DNA of 63,855 nucleotides, counting the filler, from Octopus bimaculoides (taxonomy: Eukaryota), in NCBI RefSeq assembly GCF_001194135.2. It is 5 parts of 4 records of this genome, joined end to end, with 100 filler letters (N's around TTAATTAATTAA, not from the genome) between each part and the next. Parts side by side here need not be neighbours in the genome. Positions count along the whole stretch, not along the records: positions 20,446 to 48,149 come from NC_068988.1; 4 more parts are not named here. One strand, 5' to 3'. The notes below the pieces were generated by a model. The model had not been told where the DNA came from. It ran no database searches and worked only from the letters and a program-made list of their open reading frames with translations. Positions 24,667-36,644 of this stretch are shown here, in pieces. Position 1 is the first letter of the stretch; every line of letters begins with the position of its first letter. Position numbers and translations under genes: made by a program.

Positions 24667-26444
24667 GCTAGCACAAAATTAACAAATAAATAGATGAATA
24701 AGTTAAACCGATACCGAATTAAAACCCTCAACGTAACGTAATCTAATGGCAATAAAAGTCAAATTGACGGTAAATAGAATAACACACGCTCCCAGGTTCC
24801 AATAAAGCAGCGTTTTCGGTGTAGAACCATATTTCAAATGGAATGCAAATTTCTTTAAGAAGATTGTCCAAGACATAGTCTTCATGAACAAGTTCACCTC
24901 AGAGGTTTCAAGTTTTAAGTTAATTCGAATTAAAGCCAGTTTTCCACTTCAAATCAAATTGCAACATAGAACTTCTATTAGACAACCCGTAACAACACAC
25001 ATTCCCTCAGTAAATGTCAAAGTAAAGAAGTTGGCTTCTGTAGGGTAATAGGGAGAAAGTAATTTATATTTAAGCAGGCAGCCGGCCTTCTGTTGATATG
25101 CTCTAAAGTCATAAATCTGAATGCATTTTCTTTAAATATTGATAATATTTCAATAGAATTAACGACTAGTAAAACAGTTTCACAAATGTGAGAAAAGGGA
25201 TCGTCTAACCAGCAAATTACTTATCAGTTGGATACGTGATGGCTTCCTTAAAAAGTTACTTGTACAACGACTCACATCAAATGTAGTTTGAAGATGAAAG
25301 TGCTATGAACTGATACAGTTTTCCTGGAAACATTTAAACATAAAAAAATTCTTGTAAGAGATATTTACAGATGATTTTTTGGAAACAGTATTTTAAATTT
25401 TATTGATCCCAGACAGATGAGTGGCGACTAAGTGAATTTCTTGAACAACTCCAACAAGTAGGAAAGCATTCAATTCCGTGTTTCACTTTCTCGATCACCT
25501 CCGCCACTCTACAGCATTTAACTATTAACTTCCTACATAAGTACATGCATAGGAAAGAGAAATTACATTGCATGCAGTTTGTGTTTTCACAATAGTATAG
25601 GTAAAATAAGTGAAAATTGGTTCGTGGCATCGAACAGAGCCTAGCTCTACTGCGCCGAGTTCACTCATTGTTGGTAGCAATTTCATTAATAATACTCTGT
25701 ACATTCAGTTTACATCAGTGAATTGCACTGCCTGTTGATCCTATTTACAGTTTGATGGACTGGGTTGTTAAAAAGATGTGACTTGACTATTTGATAGAGA
25801 AAAAGCTACTGACATGATACGAGCCTCCGACTAGTTGTTTCGTGTTCTACAAATTTTGCTAGCTGTGGAAGTATTTGACGAACGGTTTGTTAGGTTCAAA
25901 TCTTCTTGGGCTGTACCTTGATAATTATTTGCCTTGAGAGCATTTTATTAAGACGACAGGTTAAAGGATTTCCTATGAACAGTTGAAGAAACTCATAGAC
26001 AGCTGGTGACAAAACACGAGACTTGGACCCTCTGACTAGTGAATATCATTAAATAACTTCAACAGTATTGATTTGTCATTGAGCTGCTGGGGTCACCAAA
26101 AGAACAACAGAATGCAGATCTAAATGTTTTTCAGTATATAGTTACGATCCTTTACGTTCTGAATTCAAATTCTGCTGAAGTCCATTTTATTTTCCCTTTC
26201 TCTGTTGTCGACAAAATGAAGTACGAAGCAATCAGTTCTACCCAACTCCTATAAATGTGTTGCAGTGAACAGGAAGCGATATTGATTTAGTATGCGATCT
26301 TTTATAGATGCTTATTTTTTTGTTTCTACGGTAGTATTGATTAACATGAGCTGTCTGTCTAATTAAGAAATCATTGAGTAATTAGCTTGTAATTAGATAG
26401 TGACATACTGGTTTTAGTAGCAGTTATGATGATGGTGATGATGG

Positions 26445-26475
<31 letters not shown>

Positions 26476-26539
26476 GGTGGTAGTGGTGGTGGTGGTGGTG
26501 GTGGTGATGGTTATTGTCGCCGTCATCAACATAGTTTTT

Positions 26540-27120
26540 TTTTTGGAGGGGGGGCAGTGCGCCGATGAGGAACCTTTAGGTATTCGCTGTGGTGAGAGTA
26601 GAGATTGTCGTCGTTTAGCTCCAGATCAACCTTTATTGAGCAAACCTATGATCAAAGGCGTTCGGTCCGTCAAGGTTCTACAGAACCGGAACCAATCAGT
26701 GTCATGCATTCGGTCCGTCAAGGTTGTCCCTCTCGTTACTTCTGTATTGCCAACTCAAGAGCCATTACTGTGCAAACTGGAGACGTTGAGAGGTGTTCTG
26801 CGCAAAATAGAACGTCGGGGTTTGCGGACGACGTCACCGTCATAGTGTCGGACACCTAGTACATAGACTGGATTGGTACTGCTCTAAGGGAACACGAGGC
26901 GATGACAGGAACAAAAATCAACTTTAAAAAAGTCAGTGGACCTGCAGCTCAGCCCCTGGAGAGGTAGATGCGTGCCATCCAACAGTGTTATGGGGCACTG
27001 GACAGACCGATTGAATTACTTGGGATCTGGTTTGGTCCAGGTCTCCATGTGAAGAAAAATTGAGACGTGATGACGAGCAAGATAGTCAATCTCACCCAGA
27101 AATGGATAAAGCGTAGATTG
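26540..27120 (+). mobile_element. L1/Tx1-type LINE reverse transcriptase fragment
   Basis: EPISVMHSVRQGCP, EPLLCKLE, FADDVTVIVSD, GTKINFKK and LLGIWFG with frameshifts. A 17-bp segment is duplicated at 26661 and 26709. Confidence 0.8.
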
Positions 27121-27399
27121 AGGCAGGCACCTAGAGCGTATCAAGTGTTCACAGCTGTCAATCAGTCGTGTAATGGAGCCGATGGAAGTTCCATTTAGGC
27201 GTTCTACAGAGGTTTAATGGCGAATAAAAACGACGACATTCTCGAGAAGCTTTTGTGTTTCATCTTGATGAAATTATTAAAATAAGTACCAGTAATATAC
27301 TCTTCTCTTTACAATTTTGTCGCGTTTTTGTCAATACAAGAAATTTTTATCACTAATTGTTTTTCTTGCTTTTCCTTAGAGTGGTCGTTGCTGCTGTTC

Positions 27400-27742
27400 A
27401 GTGGTGGTGTGAGGTGGTTGTGGCTACGCTTATTACTTTGGAGGCGATGTTATCATAGCATCGTTGTTGCTATCATCATTGTTTCAGTGGTTGTTGTGGT
27501 TGTTGTTGTCGTTGCTGCTGATGGTGGCCCTAATGTTATCATTATCGTTATTATTGACGTTCAAGAGATTGTTATTGTAGTGGTAGCAGTTACCGATGTT
27601 CATCGTGTTAATGATGGTGATTGTACAATCAGGGACGTTGTTGTTGTTGTCATAGTGGTTGTTGATAATACTCGTATCTTTGGAGTTCTAGTTTTGGTTG
27701 CTCGTGTATTTGTTAAAGACGTTGATTTTGTTTCTATTATTA

Positions 27743-27822
<80 letters not shown>

Positions 27823-28030
27823 GGTGCTATTGGTGGGGTGACGGCGGCAGTTGTAACACTGTTGTTGCTAATGGTGGTGGTGGTGGTTATCGTCGTTGAA
27901 GTTGAAGTGTGACAACGATGACGTAAAAGAATTCTCAGTCAGTAGCTGAGAGAGAATTCGGTAGTGGTGATACTATTGATGCTGATGATGTTGTTCTTGG
28001 CGGTGGTGGTGGTGGTGATGCTGATGGTTG
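27400..28030. repeat. Mosaic trinucleotide low-complexity region (GTT/GTG/ATC/ATT) with (ATT)n core at about 27742-27822
   Basis: Direct reading. Confidence 0.9.
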
Positions 28031-28692
28031 CAGAGGGAAAAGATACAGAAAGCAGTAAGGAGCATCAAACTCCAGATTTTCGACTTCTGACACAATAACA
28101 AGGTCCAACGAGTTGGAAAATTGATAATAGCTTTCCTTTTAAATTTCCTCAGGGACATGACGTTGGCTGACGATATGTGACATTTTAGTATCAGAGCTGA
28201 CCTCTTTCCAAGTGTCTAGGGATCTGGCTCATCGAACTACTTGTCAGGGTCATTTTAGTTGCCATGGATACAAAGCAGGCGGGAGAAAAGTGAAATTTAA
28301 GGAAAGAAAAAAACGGCTTTATCCCAAGTAAACATCAGCATATTTTGGGACGATGATCTAAATCCTCATCGCGGAACTTGCACCTCTTCTGCTGGCAGAT
28401 ATTATACGAGTAAAAGTAGTTCTCCAAAATAACATTCTATCAAACTTGTTCGCTTTGTGATGAAGGATAATAAGAAATGGAACGAAACTATTTGTGACGC
28501 CTTAACTGTTTCCGATCTGTTAAATAGATAATAAACACCTAAAATTAATATAAATTCCCCCAATAACAGTGTCACAGCTTAATGAATAGGTATAAACATT
28601 CAGCTATAAAGACGTGCTAAAAGCATTGTTTTATGTGCAACGTCATAGCGTCATTATCACATCAGTCCTAATAACTCTTTCTCATTCTGGCA

Positions 28693-28880
28693 AAATGTCA
28701 GTGATTTTGAGAGGAGAGGTTAAGACTATTATATCGACCCAATGCTCAACTAGCACTTATTTTATCGACCCCGTAAAACTGATAGGCAAGGTCGACATCG
28801 CTGGAATTTGAACTCATAACGGAAAGAACCAAAAGAAACACCGCTAAGCATTTTGTCCGGCGTCCTAGCTCGCCGCCTTT
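28693..28880 (-). mobile_element. SINE-A, diverged
   Basis: GGAATTTGAACTC (reverse B-box), CTAAGCATTT, CTCGCCGCC head. Confidence 0.75.
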
Positions 28881-28989
28881 ATAAGAGTTCTAAAAATAGC
28901 AGTGGTATAATGAAGGCTGTTCGCCATTAAGCGGAGTAAATAAAGGAGCTTCTGTGTGTTCTCTTGACTCAATATAGAAACTTAGCGAA

Positions 28990-29280
28990 GTTACGCACTG
29001 GGGTCGATGTAATCGACTTAATCCCTTCGGCTGTCCTTGTTTGTACCCTCTATGTTTAGCCCCTTGTGGGCAATAAAGAAATAAGAAACGTTAGCACGCC
29101 AGGCGAAATGCTTAGCGGTATTTCGTCTGTCTTTACGTTCTGAGTTCAAATTCCGTCGAGGTCGACTTTTCCTTTCGGGGTCGGTAAATTAAGTACCAGT
29201 TGCGTACTGGGGTCTATCTAATTGACTGGCCCCTTCCCCCCCAAAAAAATTCGGGCCTTGTGCCTAGAGTAGAAAAGAAT
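28990..29280 (+). mobile_element. Dimeric SINE-A (5'-truncated)
   Basis: Same junction GCAATAAAGAAATAAGAAACGTTAGCACGCC as at about 51938-51967. Confidence 0.8.
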
Positions 29281-29943
29281 ATATGCCTATTCATTAATAT
29301 TCGATAGAAAGATATATTATATTCGTTTTTTTAGTTTTCCTTCGTATGTAAGTTGGAATAAAATGCTTTTATTTCTCATTGTATTCCTATGTGTGTTCCC
29401 ATATATGAATAATTTGGGAAAGGAAAATATAAATATCTTTCAAATATGTTTAGTAAATTTCGATCTCTTTATCATGATGTTATTTATTATGGTAAACCTA
29501 TAGGCTCGAGTTTACCAACCCACTAAGGAGCTTCGACATTCTCAGTGGGTACAAACAAATTTCATTCCGTAGTTTGGGAGATCTACAATAAGAATACTTG
29601 GTTAGAATACTGCATCAATGAGCAATACTTTGCAACAATCAGGCGTAACTGAACAGCAGCTGAATTGCGTATCGACCTCCACCAATCTAAGATGGCTTGC
29701 AAATGTAATGGCCTCGGCTTCCTTCCCAGACCAAAATGTAAAAAGGAACTAGAACAGTATAAGCAATAGTAGCAACACTTACTATAACAGCAGTAGCAAC
29801 ATCAAGCATGAACAGCAGTAACATTTATAATGGCAGCAGTAACAGTAATAATAATGTTTATGAAGATGGCTGTTTTAAAAGATTTATGTTTGGCTTAAGT
29901 TAAATTTATCAACTCAAGAAAAATTCCTTAAATGTTATAATAT

Positions 29944-30148
29944 CGGTTTCAAATATTGCAACAAGGCCAGCAATTTCGAGGGATGGAGTAAATCGATCAC
30001 ATCGATCCCAGTACTTATTTTATAAACCACGAAAGGATGAAAAGCAAATTCGATTCCGACGGTATTTGAACTCAGAACGTAAAGGCGGAAAAAATGCCGC
30101 AAAACATTTTACCCGACGTGCTAACAACGATTCTACCAGCTCACCTCA
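29944..30148 (-). mobile_element. SINE-A with 19-bp target-site duplication
   Basis: TCCTTAAATGTTATAATAT at 29925-29943 and 30149-30167. Confidence 0.88.
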
Positions 30149-30181
30149 TCCTTAAATGTTATAATATTACGTTAGACATCA

Positions 30182-30362
30182 AGACGGCGAGCGAGCAGAA
30201 TTGTTAGCACGCCGAGCAAAACACTTTGCGACGTTCCGAGTAAAAATTCCACCGAGGTCGACTTTGCATTTCATCCCTTTCAGGGTCGATAAAATAAGTA
30301 CCAATCGAGTACTTACTCCCTCCCACGAAAGTGCTGGCCTTGTGCCAAAATATTAAAACCAA
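30182..30362 (+). mobile_element. SINE-A
   Basis: GACGGCGAGCGAGCAGAATTGTTAGCACGCCG..GAGGTCGACTTTG..; inverted relative to the neighbouring copy. Confidence 0.8.
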
Positions 30363-30743
30363 TATTACTTTAAACATTGCAATAAATTAAGTTTTCAGAA
30401 GTTTGTAACAAATCCATTTTCACGAGAAGCATCTTAGATATTTCCGTACTTTATTCCTTCACCAAGATGTTTGCCATTATTGATTGGTTTCAGAAGTCGT
30501 TCGATGGAGAATCTATTAATATAAAGTTTGGTATTCTCCCTGTTAGATATACTTATTAAGAACGTTATACAATCACATTCTCCTTCCTAGTAATTATGTT
30601 TGAGTCAGTTGGAAGGCAGGGTAGGATGTGTAGTGATCTTGAAAGTTTCGTAATAGGACCAACTTAAAAATCAATCGATTCCTTCATAGCCAATAATTTC
30701 TAAAAATTCCCGTCTATTGAATAATACTGCGTTTTTTCTAAAA

Positions 30744-31635
30744 TACGAGGTCTTATCAATAAGTATTCGGACTGCTGTAATAATAACGAAGCTAGAGCAC
30801 GCAGATTAAAGACATTTGGCATAGATTGACCTTGAACTGTACTGTGCGTGTATACTAAGTTTTAACGTTCTAGCTCATTTCCGCTGTTCACAGCAGTGCT
30901 TACAAGGAACGCGTGTAGAGTGTGATCGTCGCATTGACCAGGACAGAGAAAGTTGTCATGGCGATACCTGCTCAGAGGCCTACGCAAAGTTGCAGAAAGT
31001 GTATGGAGAGGAGTGTATGAGCTGCACACAAGTGTACGAGTGGTTCAGACGTTTCCAAGATGGCCGAAAAAATGTCGATATTGACGAACGTTCTGGGGGA
31101 CTCGCAACCAGCAGCACTGAGGAAAGCATCGCAGATGTGCGTGCAGGGAAAATCGTCGAATCCGTGAGTTACCAGAGTATGTGCAGATTAGTTACAGTTC
31201 AGTTCAGTCCATTATCACTGAAGATTTGGGTATGAGACACGTGTCTGCCAAGTTTGTGCCAAAACTGCTTTCAGCTGACCAAAGAGACATTCGGGTTTCA
31301 TTTGCACAAAATCTCCTTGATTGTGTCGAGAACGATGAAAACATTTTGAAAACTTTGCGTAGACCTCTGAGCAGGTATCGCCAAGCGTTTGGCAAAATGT
31401 GATACAGATTCTCTGCTCAACTTTCTCTGTGATGGTCAATGCAACCATCACACGCTACACACCTTCCTTCTCCTTCCAAGCACTGCTGTAAACAGTAGAA
31501 GTGAGCGAGAACGTTAAAACTTAGTTCGCATACACAGTAGAGTTCAAAGTCAAACTATGCCAAGCGACTTTACTCTGCGTACTTTAGCTTCGTTACTATG
31601 GCAACAGTCCGAATACTTATTGATCAGACCACGTA
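30744..31635. mobile_element. Mariner-derived fold-back element composed of two inward-facing 5' ends
   Basis: Starts TA-CGAGGTCTTATCAATAAGTATTCGGACT and ends AGTCCGAATACTTATTGATCAGACCACG-TA. The arms are ~250-280 bp imperfect inverted repeats; both strands carry the transposase N-terminus (KVEQRICITFC / GDTCSE.YAK / VYEWFRRFQDGRKNVDIDERSG / VSAKFVPKLL). Confidence 0.9.
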
Positions 31636-31880
31636 TGTGTCCACTCCCATACAGAACAACACTCGTTTTCACACGAAAAATATCCTTAAATGCAACCAAA
31701 ACAGACTGAAGGTAGCCGCTTGTTCAGAAGCTGTATCTTCCAGGTATTTATTTCTTACTACTGTCCTGTTGTTCTATTAACGTTTGCTCATTGAAGCTTC
31801 ACCTCCAACATTCTTGTTTTATGAGCATTTCGTTGCATTTTTATTGTTTTCGTGTTCTTTACTTAAGACATACAAATAAT

Positions 31881-32027
31881 CCTTTCTACTATTGGCACAA
31901 GGCCTGAAATTTTGTGAGAGGGGTCTAGTCGATTATATCGACCTCAGTGCTCAACTGGCACTTATTTTATCGACTCCGAAAGGATGAAAAGCAAAGTTTA
32001 CTTCGTCGGAATTTGAACTCAGAACAT
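31881..32027 (-). mobile_element. 5'-truncated SINE-A with 12-bp TSD
   Basis: CATACAAATAAT at 31869-31880 and 32028-32039. Confidence 0.85.
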
Positions 32028-34069
32028 CATACAAATAATACCCTATAACTCTTATGCTTCTTGAGGCACCCTTTCAGTCATTCAAAGGAAGATGCACTAG
32101 TTCTCTATATTTCATGTGCCTTGTCAGTTTTAAATATTTCACTTTATTTGCACAGCTGGTACACTTTGGAAAACCGTGAATTTCTCTTACTCTAATTCAT
32201 ATTTCTTTCAAATTTCAGGTTTTCAGCCCCTGTAAGAAACAAATACAATTTACATGACTTAAACTTCGATATTAAGCTGTAGTGAATAGCAAAGTTAAAG
32301 TTAGCAGCGCTCGAAATATATACAAAAAAATATATAGACATAAAAGATAACAATGATTAAACTGAATGATACAAATACCTTGTATTTCAACTGGAAAAAT
32401 GGTCTCCTTGAAGTCGATTAATACAAATAATGCTCTAAGCTTGATGAAGTTCACTATTTAGTGTCTATTCGACACTTGGTGTCTAACATTTTACACATCA
32501 GTTCCTACAATATAATTTAGACAAAAGACAAATTGAAAAAAATCTAAATATAGAAAATTCCAAGGTCTTTCAACTATAAAAGTGCATCAACCTGACAGAG
32601 TGTGGTTTCTAACAAACTCGTGACAATTCAAAAAATTTCCTGATTTATGGCATCAGGTACACTTGCACTCACGTTACTACGTGCAGCTGGAGTGCCTGAT
32701 GATTTTTTTTTTTTTTTGTAGTCATTATTTTAATTTATGATGCTACTCTCATTTACAAAAATCCTATGACTCCAGTTGTTCTCAGATTTAGTAACCATAG
32801 TCTATGTACACCTCACTGATAAGATCTAATAAAACCGAAATATGTACGGAGTTGTCATTCAATGGTCATATTTAATTAATTTTTACTGAAATTTTGGTGT
32901 TATCTCCACTGTTTTATGTTTTATTTTGTTTTGTTTTTCCAGAATTAATCATTCTGAAAGTCATTGTTCTTCTTAATGAACATTTATTAATACATCAAAT
33001 ATGCTACCTGCTACTTTATTATTTCAGGAATATATTTTGATAAAGCGGAAATTTTTTAAAATGTCCCTCTATTTATGCCTAATCTTAGTTTTCAAATGCG
33101 AATATTTTCTTGGAACAAACCTAATTTGATTGCAGATGAATTAACTATTTAAAATATTAATGCTTAATTTAAGGGATTTCTAAAAAATTTATTTTATCCT
33201 AACCTGTAGATAATGTTCACATCTTAATTTTTAACGACATGATATTGTTACTTGATCCTGTTATCACTACACATTTAAACACATAATTATTAAGAGCTTG
33301 ATAGACAGGTTATTTAAATCTGAATGTGGGTATTGTTGAATATTTGTTTTTGATTAATAGTTAAGATCTACGTGCATGTGTGTATATACACATGCATGAT
33401 TGTGAATGAGTGCGTGAGTAAAATATATGCGAACAAGTAAAAAGCTGTTAAAAAAAAAAAAAGACAATAAGTATTTATCAACCAGCATGTAGAGCGGAAG
33501 AGCACATATACCTGTGCGTCTGTGGGATAAGGTTATATTTCCTCTACTCGAATTAAACCAACTAAGAGATTAATTTGCCAGTAATTCAATAACGCCATTA
33601 TTTATAGTGTCTGCCAGCTAGAACATCTCGCTGGAATCGTTCTGTACGAGAGCCATTGTTTACATGTTAGCGGGCTACCGAGGCGACCATCTGCTCATCT
33701 GTTTCATACAATTTTTTCATTGGTCACTTCTATCACACCTCCACATATGGCGGTTTACACTTTGCTTTGCTCGACATTATTTATTTATTTATTTATTTTT
33801 ATTTTATCTATTATTTTATTTATTTGTATATAGATACATACATATAATTATTATTATTTATAAACATACAGACATGTATTCATACATAAGCACATACGTA
33901 TATACATACGCACATACATATAAAAAATGTGTTCGTAGATTATAGACACGTAAATATATACATAGATACATGAATATTCACATACGTACGTTATACATAC
34001 ATACATGCATGCATACATACATACATACATACGTACGTACGTACGTACATACATACATACATACATACA

Positions 34070-34103
<34 letters not shown>

Positions 34104-34619
34104 CATACATACAAAATTTTCTCCTTCACACCCAATTTCATATGGTTTGCTTGTCCGGTTGATTCTGTACTATACTATACTGCAAAGCTTGGGGGGGGGG
34201 GNNNNNNNNNNNNNNNNNNNNNNNNNNNNNNNNNNNNNNNNNNNNNNNNNNNNNNNNNNNNNNNNNNNNNNNNNNNNNNNNNNNNNNNNNNNNNNNNNNN
34301 NNNNNNNNNNNNNNNNNNNNNNNNNNNNNNNNNNNNNNNNNNNNNNNNNNNNNNNNNNNNNNNNNNNNNNNNNNNNNNNNNNNNNNNNNNNNNNNNNNNN
34401 NNNNNNNNNNNNNNNNNNNNNNNNNNNNNNNNNNNNNNNNNNNNNNNNNNNNNNNNNNNNNNNNNNNNNNNNNNNNNNNNNNNNNNNNNNNNNNNNNNNN
34501 NNNNNNNNNNNNNNNNNNNNNNNNNNNNNNNNNNNNNNNNNNNNNNNNNNNNNNNNNNNNNNNNNNNNNNNNNNNNNNNNNNNNNNNNNNNNNNNNNNNN
34601 NNNNNNNNNNNNNNNNNNN

Positions 34620-35160
34620 CCTCCACAACCCCTCCATCCTACAAGCGTATGTTCAAAGTAGACCCATTCACACAGTCCATCCTCGCCATATTCACCCAGC
34701 TTTCAACAAAAATACTGGGAGACAGCCCTTTCCTCCCCACCCTCACTTTCCTTTTCAAGTGGAACTTTAAAAAGTTGATGAGAGCTTGACCGAAGAGGAA
34801 AGTATCTGTCTTCAGTCTTTTCATCCTCATCCAGCACACTACCTCTTTTACTATAGCCACCTGACAGAGGAAAACTAGCTTTTCTTCCCGCCCAAGAGAA
34901 GGCAACGGTGCTATCTTCACGATGGACTCGGTTAATAACCGGATTCGTCCCACACACGTCAATTGTTGTTCAACAAAGCTCCACATGTCAGCAATGCCCG
35001 AACACTGGATAAGTGCATACAGAGGGTTTCACCACCTTGCGTGCATTTCGGACAGGTTGGTCTGACAGCACTTTCATGGTTGTAGAGCTTATCTCGAACC
35101 GGCAAAGCTTTCTGGTAGCACTGCCAGGTCAGGAATTTCTGGAAATTATCCATAGGCCCT
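34620..35160 (-). mobile_element. L1/Tx1 ORF2 C-terminal fragment
   Basis: PTCPKCTQGGET (zinc-knuckle remnant) and LFGQALINFLKFHLKRKVRV; homologous to 54046-54290. Confidence 0.75.
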
Positions 35161-35214
35161 AGCCCGAAAGTCCTCCGGAAAGACCAGCTAACTTATCTCT
35201 CCCGACTCCCAGAG

Positions 35215-35530
35215 TTACTCCGATGACGCCGTCGCTTTTGCCCGCCACTAATCCCCTATAGAACTTCAAAGTGAGATTTCAACCGACTGCATTACTCAAC
35301 TAGAGAAGTGGTGTGAGCGCTTGCCAACACTCCAGATGCCAAACAACTTTCCTCGGTCTATGCTTGATCCAAAACTGTAGCTCAGACAAAGAGACGAGCT
35401 GCAGAAAATCCAATCTGACTAACGGTGGTCACACCTACTCACCATTAAGGAAACGTCAGATATATCGCCGACTCAACGCATGCCTGCGCATCATTAGCTA
35501 CCGTATGCCCAGTCCTTCACTCAGCAGCTA
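35215..35530 (+). mobile_element. Decayed LINE RT fragment (Jockey/I-like) nested in the Tx1 copy
   Basis: DDAVAF..ELQSE..QLEKWCE resembles RT domain 5-6 (ADD..L..LQ..L..WC). Confidence 0.4.
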
Positions 35531-35539
35531 CTGACAACG

Positions 35540-36640
35540 GATGTATCGTCTGAACGCGTCCCCTCCACAGAAAGTGGAGGAGCAAGCGCTTCAACTTGAT
35601 CAGCCACGTAACAAGGCAAGGAACGACGGTTAGGCAGTAGTAGATAACGAAAGCAATGTACACATTCGCCACCTACGCCCGACTCTTCAGGGATAGCTTC
35701 CTCTTTGCCCATTTCTGAATGAAGTTGGCCGCGCTGCTTGTCACCTCCCCTCAGTTCTTGTTCACCTGGTGGTCCGGACCCGACCAGACCCTGAGCAATT
35801 TAACTAGCCCTTCTATCCAGCGCCCAACAACGCCGTCGGTCGGCGTGGACCTGCCTCTCCAGGCACCGAGCTGCAGTCCCACACTGCTTCGTACTCTTTT
35901 AAGGTAGTGCCGATCATCTCGATTTCCGAGATGTCTAACACTATGACAGTGATGTCATTCGCATAAGCCGATACGAACCTCCGGCATCCCATTTCACGCG
36001 GGATATCCCTCTAAACATCCAGCTTCCATAGCAATGGCTCGAGAGCCAGCATGTACAGAAGGGGCGAAAATGAGCAGCCTTGATGGACCGAACATTCGAT
36101 ACTAAACTATTCTGGTAGGTGGCCGTTTTCTTTGACCGCCGAACAGATGTCGTTGTAAATTGCAGCGATCTAACCTCTGAAAACGGGACCGAAACCAGCC
36201 ACCGCGAGGACATTTTCCAAGTATTGGTGTTCGACCCTATCAAAAGCTTTTGATAGATCTTAAATTGATCAGGGCCTCACCCATGCCAGTTGTCACATTC
36301 CTTCCATACCCTTTATATGCTTTATATGGTTGTCGTGGATATATCTGTTCGGGATAGCACATGTCTGTGCATCACTATCTAGCTTCTCGGCAACAAACGC
36401 CAACTTCTTGGCTAACGCCTTGTCCAAAATCTTATAATCTACAATCAGCATAGTTATGGGCTTAAAATTGTCTATCTGATCCCTCTTGTTTGGGTCCTTT
36501 CTCAAAAGCAGTACCACACCACAGCACACAGTACCGGGAATTCTCTTGTTCTGTTGCCAGTTGCGATAGACATCTCCCAGCAGGTCCCCGAACAAGTCTG
36601 ACATATGAAAATAAAGATCATCTATTGTGCAGCTAAAAGG
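35540..36640 (-). mobile_element. L1/Tx1 ORF2 RT fragment
   Basis: KDPNKRDQIDNFKPITMLIVDYKILDKALAKKL..Q.C.IPNRYIHDN, KAFDRVEHQYL, SVHQGC..SPLLYMLALEPLL, SAYANDITV (=YADD). Confidence 0.85.
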
Positions 36641-36644
36641 CACG

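Noticed and set aside
24703-24897. 64-aa minus-strand ORF and the overlapping frame ELVHEDYVLDNLLKEICIPFEIWFY..
   Set aside because: No recognisable motif, short, no convincing splice boundaries; cannot be supported as coding.
27328-27912. 194-aa hydrophobic Val/Ile-rich ORF resembling a membrane protein
   Set aside because: Translation of GTT/GTG/ATT trinucleotide repeats.
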